A stretch of DNA of 64,000 nucleotides, taken from Euprymna scolopes. Lineage: Eukaryota. Below, in pieces: positions 12,461-22,599 of this stretch (positions are counted from its first letter, which is position 1; the number at the start of each line of letters is the position of its first letter). Position numbers and translations under genes: made by a program. The notes below the pieces were generated by a model that did no database searches, was not told where the DNA came from, and worked only from the letters and a program-made list of their open reading frames with translations. The stretch is from the NCBI GenBank assembly GCA_053919585.1, contig CM132814.1; one strand, given 5' to 3'.

Positions 12461-14132
12461 GTATCAGAACAGTAAAAAAAAAAAAAAAACAATTTAAATG
12501 TGTTAGTATGTCTCTTTACTGATGAAGGCGAAATCCACAATGTTTAATTTTTAATCGGTCCTAAGGTCTAAACCATGGTGAAAAAAAAAACAAATTGACT
12601 TCGTACGGAATAAAACAAATATAGATTTAAACCAAAACATTCTTATTATTGCTGGCGTATTGATTAAAATCAATTAGTGATTAAATTAAGACACTAATAT
12701 TATAAAGACGATGAAAAAATAACATATTTCCATTGAATAAACATAAGCAAAATATCATTTTTCAGTCGAATTTGTCATTCAGCTAAAAAATTAATACATG
12801 TTCGTATGTTAGTTTGTGGCCATCACATAACTTTGCCAAATGTCATAGAACTCAATATAAATATCGGTTATTTTCTAACTTGAAACATTCGTTTTATTTT
12901 ATGATGTCTAGCAGGAAAATCAAGATAAAGGTCACCACAGAAATCCAGCTATTTGCCATTACTTCAGATCCTTTATTCGGGTACCAGTGCCTTCGTCCAT
13001 ATTGTAATAATTTGATCAAAGTTCATTAACAATTCTAAAAAATGTTCTCGTCTTCAGAATATCCTGGTGAACTCTCGAAACTTATTAAACCTTTCCGGGC
13101 TTTTTTCGTATTGACACTTTTATTGATAGAAGACACATGAAACTCTACTCCTTTCGAAGTAATCTTTCGGGCTACATGCATATTTTGTGCCGGCCCGAGC
13201 CACTCTGGAAGNNNNNNNNNNNNNNNNNNNNNNNNNNNNNNNNNNNNNNNNNNNNNNNNNNNNNNNNNNNNNNNNNNNNNNNNNNNNNNNNNNNNNNNNN
13301 NNNNNNNNNNNNNNNNNNNNNNNNNNNNNNNNNNNNNNNNNNNNNNNNNNNNNNNNNNNNNNNNNNNNNNNNNNNNNNNNNNNNNNNNNNNNNNNNNNNN
13401 NNNNNNNNNNNNNNNNNNNNNNNNNNNNNNNNNNNNNNNNNNNNNNNNNNNGTTAAGAAGTAAAAAGTCGAAAATTGTTACTCGGGATATTTGGATGTTT
13501 AGCTGTCTTTCAACTGTTTCAGGCTGTGCACATGCGAATAATTCATATGGCAGCTTTCCAAAGTGTGAAAAAGTATGGTCTAGAAAAATTATATATAGAT
13601 CGTGACAAGCTGGTCTAATAGTTATCGTATTAATTCACTTTCTTTATATTTGTTTGTGATGTCAACCTGAGTATGCTTCTTTTATTTACAAGAAGTGAGC
13701 TCTTTAGAAAAAAATCACACTCGAATGCACATGTCTCAGATTCTTTCATTTTTATTTTTCTAAATCAGTTTACNNNNNNNNNNNNNNNNNNNNNNNNNNN
13801 NNNNNNNNNNNNNNNNNNNNNNNNNNNNNNNNNNNNNNNNNNNNNNNNNNNNNNNNNNNNNNNNNNNNNNNNNNNNNNNNNNNNNNNNNNNNNNNNNNNN
13901 NNNNNNNNNNNNNNNNNNNNNNNNNNNNNNNNNNNNNNNNNNNNNNNNNNNNNNNNNNNNNNNNNNNNNNNNNNNNNNNNNNNNNNNNNNNNNNNNNNNN
14001 NNNNNNNNNNNNNNNNNNNNNNNNNNNNNNNNNNNNNNNNNNNNNNNNNNNNNNNNNNNNNNNNNNNNNNNNNNNNNNNNNNNNNNNNNNNNNNNNNNNN
14101 NNNNNNNNNNNNNNNNNNNNNNNNNNNNNNNN

Positions 14133-14170
14133 TGTGAAACAACGAAACAGGTCTGTATGTCGATGACTAA
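14133..14170 (+). ncRNA. Type I hammerhead ribozyme, 3' half (5' half in the gap)
   Basis: Identical to the 3' half of the complete copies downstream. Confidence 0.7.
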
Positions 14171-14354
14171 AATATATTTTATAAAGCTCCCCTCTTCGGT
14201 AGAGCACTCTCGTAAATTATCTTACTCGCTACTTAATTTAGCTGAAATAATGCGAAGCTCGCAATTTGTTTACAAACAAAACGTTTGAGCCCTCTACGAG
14301 TGGCGGACGGATGTTTATTTTAATACGCATTCGGACAGTTTAATTTCGGTCACC

Positions 14355-14426
14355 GATTCCGTAGTCAGGGGGTAGGACTGCCGACTGTCATCACGACGGT
14401 TCTAGGTTCGATCCTCGGCTTGGGAG
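14355..14426 (+). promoter_or_regulatory. tRNA-Asp/Glu-derived SINE-like head with Pol III A and B boxes (copy 1)
   Basis: A-box-like TAGTCAGGGGG at 14362-14372, AGGACT, CT-GTC-A anticodon-loop remnant, B box GGTTCGATCC at 14405-14414 and a 3' GGGAG. The acceptor and anticodon stems do not pair, so it is not a functional tRNA. Confidence 0.75.
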
Positions 14427-14431
14427 AGGTG

Positions 14432-14492
14432 TTAGTCTAGCGGCACTGATGAGTTGTGAAACAACGAAACAGGTCTGTATGTCGATGACTAA
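14432..14492 (+). ncRNA. Type I hammerhead ribozyme (copy 1)
   Basis: CTGATGA at 14446-14452; stem II GTTG/CAAC with loop TGAAA; GAAA at 14466-14469; stem III ACAG-GT-CTGT; GTA cleavage triplet (cut after 14479); stem I CGGCA/TGTCG plus distal TTAGTC/GACTAA around an internal loop. Confidence 0.93.
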
Positions 14493-14676
14493 AATATATT
14501 TTATAAAGCTCCCCTCTTCGGTAGAGCACTCTCGTAAATTATCTTACTCGCTACTTAATTTAGCTGAAATAATGCGAAGCTCGCAATTTGTTTACAAACA
14601 AAACGTTTGAGCCCTCTACGAGTGGCGGACGGATGTTTATTTAAATACGCATTCGGACAGTTTAATTTCGGTCACC

Positions 14677-14748
14677 GATTCCGTAGTCAGGGGGTAGGAC
14701 TGCCGACTGTCATCACGACGGTTCTAGGTTCGATCCTCGGCTTGGGAG
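14677..14748 (+). promoter_or_regulatory. tRNA-derived Pol III head (copy 2)
   Basis: Same sequence as copy 1, offset +322. Confidence 0.75.
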
Positions 14749-14753
14749 AGGTG

Positions 14754-14814
14754 TTAGTCTAGCGGCACTGATGAGTTGTGAAACAACGAAACAGGTCTGT
14801 ATGTCGATGACTAA
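14754..14814 (+). ncRNA. Type I hammerhead ribozyme (copy 2)
   Basis: Identical to copy 1, offset +322. Confidence 0.93.
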
Positions 14815-14998
14815 AATATATTTTATAAAGCTCCCCTCTTCGGTAGAGCACTCTCGTAAATTATCTTACTCGCTACTTAATTTAGCTGAAATAATGCGAA
14901 GCTCGCAATTTGTTTACAAACAAAACGTTTGAGCCCTCTACGAGTGGCGGACGGATGTTTATTTAAATACGCATTCGGACAGTTTAATTTCGGTCACC

Positions 14999-15070
14999 GA
15001 TTCCGTAGTCAGGGGGTAGGACTGCCGACTGTCATCACGACGGTTCTAGGTTCGATCCTCGGCTTGGGAG
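14999..15070 (+). promoter_or_regulatory. tRNA-derived Pol III head (copy 3)
   Basis: Same sequence as copy 1, offset +644. Confidence 0.75.
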
Positions 15071-15075
15071 AGGTG

Positions 15076-15136
15076 TTAGTCTAGCGGCACTGATGAGTTG
15101 TGAAACAACGAAACAGGTCTGTATGTCGATGACTAA
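15076..15136 (+). ncRNA. Type I hammerhead ribozyme (copy 3)
   Basis: Identical to copy 1, offset +644. Confidence 0.93.
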
Positions 15137-15320
15137 AATATATTTTATAAAGCTCCCCTCTTCGGTAGAGCACTCTCGTAAATTATCTTACTCGCTACTT
15201 AATTTAGCTGAAATAATGCGAAGCTCGCAATTTGTTTACAAACAAAACGTTTGAGCCCTCTACGAGTGGCGGACGGATGTTTATTTAAATACGCATTCGG
15301 ACAGTTTAATTTCGGTCACC

Positions 15321-15392
15321 GATTCCGTAGTCAGGGGGTAGGACTGCCGACTGTCATCACGACGGTTCTAGGTTCGATCCTCGGCTTGGGAG
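15321..15392 (+). promoter_or_regulatory. tRNA-derived Pol III head (copy 4)
   Basis: Same sequence as copy 1, offset +966. Confidence 0.75.
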
Positions 15393-15397
15393 AGGTG

Positions 15398-15458
15398 TTA
15401 GTCTAGCGGCATTGATGAGTTGTGAAACAACGAAACAGGTCTGTATGTCGATGACTAA
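15398..15458 (+). ncRNA. Type I hammerhead ribozyme (copy 4, C3U core variant)
   Basis: As copy 1, but the core reads TTGATGA (C>T at 15412). Confidence 0.85.
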
Positions 15459-15460
15459 AA

Positions 15461-15500
<40 letters not shown>

Positions 15501-16217
15501 ATATAAAAAAGAGGAGTACATGTCATATAAATGTAATTATTGAAGGCAAACCAATAATCAAAAGTAAGGGTAAACTTTAATAAGAAAACTTTTAAGCTAA
15601 GTACATCAGAGAAAAGATAAAGAGTAAATATACAAGTTTACCTTGACAGGATTTTAAGCTACAAATTTTGTCAAACATTCTTCACATTCTTAGTATTCTT
15701 ACATGGATCTACTTTCACATCTATTAACATGATTACACTAGTATTTTAAGAATTACGCAATACTTTACAAATACTTTCTTCATATACGAATATTATACTA
15801 ATATCTGATGCCCACACATGTTTTACTAAATTAGATACGTAACCACGTAACACACTCTTCCCTTTTCGGAACCCTGAATACTTCACTGCAACCCGTATCA
15901 TTTCATATTATATAATACAGGGTGTTCAAAATGTCACAACAGAGTAATACATATGTCATTTTGCCATTAATAAATGTGTTTCTATTTCATATGCTTTACA
16001 AATAATATTTTGAAAATATATATATACATGTGTGTGTGCGTGTGTGTGTATAAATGTACTTTATTTACTCACATAAAGAATTATACAAAAGTATAAATTT
16101 ATGCGTAGACTTAAAGTATTTACTGCAACATTGCTCAATACGTACGCAGAGCTAGTAAGTAAGTTATAAAATATATATGCCGATTAAGCTACAAAGAACA
16201 TTTCGCGTTAAATCCAC

Positions 16218-16444
16218 GCTTATGCGAGAACTTTGTGGTTGCATCGCGTTTTTATATACGCACCTTCTATTGGGTTTTACTAATCCAATAAACTTTCTAG
16301 TATCCACCGCACGATTCCTAATCAGCCAATGAGCAAGCACTTACAGGAAAAGGGTCCAGGTGACTTCGGTTGACCCGTTCCTTTTTATTTGCTATTTAGC
16401 GTAGATATATTATATTGTCTTGGCCTGTTTTAAATCTAGGTTAA
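16218..16444. repeat. Left arm of a diverged inverted repeat pair (partner 20790-21014)
   Basis: gcttatgcgagaa...aaatctaggttaa is reverse-complementary to ttaacctagattt...ttctcgcataagc. Confidence 0.8.
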
Positions 16445-16458
16445 TTGTTCGTATGCGT

Positions 16459-16519
<61 letters not shown>

Positions 16520-16529
16520 CATATATATC

Positions 16530-16910
16530 TGGAATATTTTATGTATATGCATGTTTTTATTTGTTTATGTTCTATTATTATTGTTAGTTTTTAAATTATT
16601 TGTATCTTAATCCTAGAGTTAGTTTTATGCTGTGAACACAGTTATTTGCGATTTCTTTCCTACAGTTTAGTACATGATGTGGTTCTTTAAAGTATAGGAT
16701 AGCAAATGTTTCATGAAGGAATAATCTACATTGATCGTCTAGGTCTCTCTACATGTGTTTGCTTGTCTTACAATTGTCAATTCGACTACCGGCGAACTTC
16801 CGCTTACCTTCAGTTACCAGTATTTCTTCGCTATAGTTGGGTTTATATGATGTTTATAATAATAAATAAATAAATAAATGAACAGGTATATACATACACT
16901 ATCACCCACA
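16530..16910. repeat. About 380-bp direct repeat, copy 1 (copy 2 at 19559-19935)
   Basis: tggaatattttatgtatatg...tatacatacac is present twice with scattered substitutions, and each copy is preceded by (TA)n. Confidence 0.9.
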
Positions 16911-19179
16911 TATGATGGACTCTCCGTCGATTTTCGACGTTTGAGACTCCGACAATTAGCCTGAAGGTCTAGAACTCAGGGTGTCGACAATCACTTTGAC
17001 GTATGTGGTACTTTAGTCCTGCTAGAGACTTGCAATTGCGTCCGCAGTGGTGACAGACATATAAATGCGAGAATTTAGCTCCACACTGCTCAGTATTATT
17101 TTTTGACTTGACTCTCGCTTCTTTTAGTTTTTCGATGCCAAACGCCTTGATTTTTCTGTCACACATTTCTATCCGCTCCTTTCTGTCTTTTGCAGTTAGC
17201 TCAATGTTGTTGTATTCAACATTTAGAAGCTGTAAATTAGACTTTATTTTGTCTTTGTAACGCAACCATGGTCGTCCCACGTTTCGACGGCCTCTCTCTA
17301 ATTGGCCATACAGGAGTTGCTTCGGTATCCTATCATCATCCATTCGCATCACATGACCCGCCCATGGAAGCTGCGACTGGATTAAGAAGCTTTCGATGTT
17401 GCTGATTTTACAAAGTGTGAATAATTTCGCATTTGATATTTTGTCTTTCAAAGTAAAACCGAAAATGGCACGTAGACATATCTTATGGAAGATGTCAAGT
17501 TGCGAAATTTGTTTTCGGTACGGGGTCCACGTCTCCGAGGCATACAAAAGTGTGGACATTACCACAGCATTATATACATGAATTTTTGTCTTTAGGCTTA
17601 AACCCCGAACATTCCATAATCTTGTGTGCAGCTTGCCAAAGGCGCTGCTTGCTCGGGAGATACTGTTGATAACCTCATGGTCAAGAGATGCACTTGAATC
17701 AACCACACTTCCCAAGTATGTAAACTTGTTAACATACTTCAGGTTTTTCCCATCTACCTGAATCGACATCTGAGGAAAATTGTGCACGGTTTGTTTCTGT
17801 TTAACACCCTCTACTTGTTTCGGTGTAGATGGTGGCTGTTAGATGATTCCGTTTTCTTATACTGATTGTCAAGCCAAAGGCTGTACATACAGTAGAAAAC
17901 CGATTTACAAGATGTTGAGCCTCCTCCCGAAAAGTCGCGACAAGGGCAGCATCATCTGCAAACAGAAAATCTCTTATAATGGTTCTTCGGAGAAGTGTTT
18001 TCGCTTTGAAGCGTTGTTGATTAAAAATCCCACCATCTGTACGTAATTGGAAATAAACGCCAGTGTCAACATCTGCAAATGCATATTTCAGCATAACAGA
18101 GAAGTAAAGCGCGAATAGTACTGGAGCCATTACACAACCTTGTTTTGTTCCATTGGTCACATTGAAAGGCTCAGAAGAGTCCCCATTGGACATCACTGAA
18201 ACCTTCATGCCATCATGGAAGGATGTTATTACTTTTACCATATTGTCAGGTATACCAATTTTCTTAAGGATTTTCCATAGGGCAGTTCGGTTGACAGTGT
18301 CAAAGGCTTTAGTAAGATCAATGAACACTATGTATAGCTCTTGGTTCTTTTCTCGAACTTTCTCAGAGACCTGTCGCAGAGAAAAGATCATATCTATTGT
18401 ACCCCGGAGAGAGCGGAAATCACACTGCGATTCGGGATATATCTCATCTACAAGATATCTGATTAATCTGTTGATTATTAGTCTGGCCATGATTTTTCCA
18501 GCAATTGAGAGCAGAGATATGCCACGATGATTCTAACAGGAATTCCTCAAGCCTTTATTTTTATAAAGATGGTGAATTGATGCATTTTTAAAGTACTGTG
18601 GGACTTTTCAAGATGTCCAAATGGACAGGAAAAGTGCATGTAGCCTTCTGGCCAGGTTATGGCCACCATATCTGTAGACTTCCGGTGGTATACCGTCATT
18701 TCCTGGTGCTTTACCCAATGATGTGTGTTCCACTGCTGCAAGGACTTCTGGGAGAGTTGGTAACACGGATAGTTCTGATCTCTCGGGGACCTGCTCAATT
18801 GAGTTTATGATCTCATCGTCTGTTACCGAAGAAGAATTTAACACTGTTTCAAAATGTTCCTTCCAGCGTCTCAAGATACCGTCCTTGTCTGTCAGTAATG
18901 CCCCGTCTTCAGCTCAAATTGGCGAAACTCCTGATTCTTACGGCCGAAAACCTTCCTTATACCTTCATAAAAGGCTTTTGTGTCCTTTCTGTTGAATGCT
19001 GACTGAACAGCTTCTGCGTGTGCGGTCCACCATTTCTCTTTCATCTGTCGTAGTGTCCTCTGCCCTTTCCCTTTGCAGGTTTTGTATGCCAATCTTTTTT
19101 CAGTAGAGTTTTGGTCGTCAATCCATGCTTTATGAATTTGATGCATTTTCTGAATTTGATCCTGGGCTTCTATATCCTG
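16905..19179 (-). mobile_element. RTE-clade (BovB/RTE-1-like) LINE, 5' end lost in or near the gap, frameshifted
   Basis: RT motifs PESQCDFR...FIDLTKAFDTV...GTKQGCVMAP...FLFADD at 17801-18490. FTYLGS, WAGHVMRMDDDRIPKQLLYGQL...GRPWLRYKD and a C-terminal CHHC...H zinc finger at 16969-17787. GKAPGNDGIPPE upstream. Confidence 0.93.
17801..18490 (-). pseudogene. Reverse transcriptase domain of the RTE LINE (disrupted ORF)
   Basis: Canonical non-LTR RT motifs. The reading frame is broken from the flanking ORF segments by frameshifts and stops. Confidence 0.9.
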
Positions 19180-19494
19180 NNNNNNNNNNNNNNNNNNNNN
19201 NNNNNNNNNNNNNNNNNNNNNNNNNNNNNNNNNNNNNNNNNNNNNNNNNNNNNNNNNNNNNNNNNNNNNNNNNNNNNNNNNNNNNNNNNNNNNNNNNNNN
19301 NNNNNNNNNNNNNNNNNNACATCGAAGCCCACAAGAGCCATGACAGTCAAAGAACCGGAAGTCCAAGACTCGAGTTTCGCCCTCATTTTGCGATATTGGT
19401 TGGCTGTGGAATTTATTATATACAATCTCTCACATTCTGAAAATAATTTTGCGATGTTGTTTGGCTGTGGAATTTATTATATACAATCTCTCAA

Positions 19495-19558
<64 letters not shown>

Positions 19559-19559
<1 letters not shown>

Positions 19560-19923
19560 GGAATATTTTATGTATATGTATGTTTTTATTTGTTTATTTT
19601 CTATTATTTATGTTAGTTTTAAAATTATTTGTATCTTAAACCATAGAGTTTGTTTTATGTTGTGAACACAGTTATTTGCGATTTCTCTCCTACAGTTTAG
19701 TACATGATGTGGTTCTTTAAGGTATAGGATAGCAAATGTTTCATGAAGGCATAATCTACATGGATCGCCTAGGTCTCTACATGTGTTGGGTTTGTCTTAC
19801 TGTTGTCAATTCGACTACCGTCGAACTTCCGCTTACCTTCAATTCCCAGTATTTCTTCGCTATAGCTGTGTTTATACAATGTTTATAATAATAAATACAT
19901 AAACATGTATATACATACACCAT

Positions 19924-19935
<12 letters not shown>
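19559..19935. repeat. About 380-bp direct repeat, copy 2
   Basis: See 16530-16910. Confidence 0.9.
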
Positions 19936-19956
<21 letters not shown>

Positions 19957-19988
19957 TATTTTATTCGATTGGCAAAATTTTAGAATAA

Positions 19989-20625
19989 TTATAAAAAAGT
20001 GAACCATCGCGTACATTCAATCAACTAAAAAATGGAAACCGGGGTGAGGTAAAGAAAGGGTCATAAGTCTGAAAATTATTATTTTTTAGAATATGTGGTA
20101 GTGATATGGAATAAGAGCGGAGAGGAGGTTAAGAAAAAAAACCCTGACTAACCAAATAATTCTAACTGAAGCCGGAGGTTTCTCTGCTTGCACAAAGTAG
20201 GGGGTTTAGCAATGATGGCAAGTGCTTCGAGGACGGACAGGTGGAACTTTGTGCGTCCTCGGTACAAAACAGAAAAACACTCCGGAGAGAAAACAAGACC
20301 GCGCTTCTTTTTATCGACCAAATGTTGGCCGATGGAAGATTCTATCAGTTGAGATTTTCTGGTAGTAGGTTGATGATATCGGATGAAACGGGGAACATGT
20401 TGGGCGATTCTGACCTGAAGACGTTCTGTAGTCAGGTTTTGTTTTCTTAACCTCCTCTCCGCTCTTATTCCATACCACTACGAAATATTCTAAAAAATAA
20501 TAATTTTCAGACTTATGACCCTTGAAAATGTTTGTCTGAACGAAAAGTGCTTTGGGTGTATTTTAACGATCGTTTTTTAATCGACTTATTTATTTTTATT
20601 GAATTGTACATATAATTTGCCCCAT

Positions 20626-20668
<43 letters not shown>

Positions 20669-20733
20669 CTTTTCCTCATCCCGGTTTCCATTTTTTAATT
20701 GATTGAATTTACGCGATGGTTCACTTTTTTATA

Positions 20734-20734
<1 letters not shown>
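19989..20734. mobile_element. MITE-like element with nested inverted repeats
   Basis: The outer arms 19989-20057 and 20666-20734 are reverse complements, as are the inner arms 20058-20150 and 20429-20521. Confidence 0.8.
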
Positions 20735-20764
<30 letters not shown>

Positions 20765-20789
20765 TATATGTACTGACATACAAAGACAT

Positions 20790-21014
20790 TTAACCTAGAT
20801 TTTAAATGGGTCAAGACACGAGATATCTACGCTAAATAGCACACACAAAGTAACGGGTCAACCGGAGGTCAACTTGCACTTTGCCCAGTAAGTGATGCTG
20901 ATTGGCTGATTAGAAAGTGTGCGATGGATATTAGAAAGTTTACTGGCTTACTAAACACTCAATAGAAGGTGCATATATAAAAACGCGAGACAACCGCAAA
21001 ATTCTCGCATAAGC
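20790..21014. repeat. Right arm of the inverted repeat pair (partner 16218-16444)
   Basis: Reverse complement of 16218-16444 with moderate divergence. Confidence 0.8.
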
Positions 21015-21041
21015 CTGAGAAATCCTAGTGTGGGTGAAATC

Positions 21042-21112
<71 letters not shown>

Positions 21113-22303
21113 AGCATTGAACTCCTTACGCAACTAGTAAAATTGTTTTACCAAAATCAGGGGTCAATTGTTTTGACTCAAACAGTTTATCGACGGCATC
21201 ATCATGTACACAATTGGCAACATATTGAAACGGTCTATGTTTATGAACTCTGCAAGGATTGAATGAAACCATCAGAAACGAAATAACGGAATCAAATCGC
21301 AATCTAGAAATTGTGTATGATGTCATGTGTAATGAATATAAAGGAGCACAAATATGCCAAGCTGAAACTGACGATATTTAAAATACATTTATTATTTAAA
21401 AAAAAACGTTTAAATTTTTGCATGTTTTAATCACAGTGTTTTATCATCGAAAATAAATACTCTATTTATATCCAAAACCCTTTGTACATTTTTGATACCT
21501 TATATTATATTGTTTTAACATTTGCTTTTGACTCATTTTTTTTACATTTTTAACATTCTTCTAATCCCATTTTCCATAATATCAATATTATTTAATATTT
21601 TCTTATTTTTTAAATATTTTCCATGTGTTTATGTATGCATATCCGCAACCCTTGTTTGCTGTTCCTTTTTCATATCCATTTCTCCTTACTTTCGCTTTCA
21701 TCTCTGTTCTAAGGTGTTTGTTTTATTATTGTATTTTCTTTAGTGTTTCCCATTATTTCATGGTAACAAATAGCGTTGTACTAATACTACCCATTCTGTT
21801 TTCCCGTATTTGTCTTACCTAATTTTCATCACTATTTACGTTTTTATTCAATTATTTCAGTTTTTATTTCATATCTATATTTCATTAAGCCAGTTTTTTT
21901 CTATATTTGCATTTCATATAATTTAAGCCCTTAAACTTTTCTTGTGAGAAGCATTAAGTTTCTAAATGCTATTGACTTAAGATGGGCAGATTATATTTCT
22001 GGATATTAGTCGCTATTTATTGAATAATTATCACCTATAACCATAAAGCACGTGCATATATTGTAGCAAGCCATGATAGTAAGATTTTAATTGAAGAATG
22101 TATTTTTATATGAATTCCAGACACGCGTTAGTTTTCCAGGAAAATATAAGACGCAATGTTTTTGTATACAAGCACCACAATACTACTTTGAAGGTGTTAC
22201 CAACCAGTCTGATAACAGTTACCGATTTAAATATTATAGCACGCACATTTTTACTTTTTAGATATCAACAATCGGCCGTTAGGTTTCAATCACAAGAAAT
22301 TAT

Positions 22304-22362
<59 letters not shown>

Positions 22363-22599
22363 ATATAGAGAGAAAGATACGATGAGGCAATTATATTTTT
22401 TGTTTGTTTGTGGTTTTTAATAATTTGAACCAAAATGAGCAACTGTTCCTGAACTTAAAGATAATTTATATGCAAAAATGTTCACGTAGCGGGTGTAGTA
22501 GATGAAGATGACATGCTATACTAAGCGTAAACGATGTTTCAAGCGTGCTGATAACATATAGCATAATCAACTAATATAATAATGTAATGTTAGAAAGCA

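Larger units (their letters stand above)
14133..15470 (+). mobile_element. Tandem array of 322-bp tRNA-head plus hammerhead ribozyme units (non-LTR retrozyme / SM-alpha-like SINE-satellite)
   Basis: tgtgaaacaacgaaac starts at 14133, 14455, 14777, 15099 and 15421, an exact 322-bp period. I noticed only two substitutions (14321 and 15412). The left end is hidden in an N gap and the right end runs into (TA)n. Confidence 0.92.

Noticed and set aside
12519-12545. CTGATGAAGGCGAAA hammerhead-like core
   Set aside because: There is no workable stem II loop, stem III or stem I; it is at best a dead remnant.
13137-14207. ORFs made of X residues
   Set aside because: These are artefacts of N gaps.
14355-14426. 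Functional tRNA-Asp(GTC) gene cluster
   Set aside because: The acceptor stem (gattccg vs cttggga) and anticodon stem do not pair and the T stem has a mismatch, so it is treated as a tRNA-derived head.
14410-14440. Twister-ribozyme-like string on the minus strand (TAACACCTCTCCCAAGCCGAGG)
   Set aside because: It resembles twister L4, but P2, the GC pseudoknot partner and a correctly placed GAGGG strand are missing. It is just the antisense of the tRNA 3' half.
14133-15470. CRISPR array or 5S rDNA array
   Set aside because: Whole units are identical with no unique spacers, there are no cas genes, the context is eukaryotic, and there is no 5S sequence similarity.
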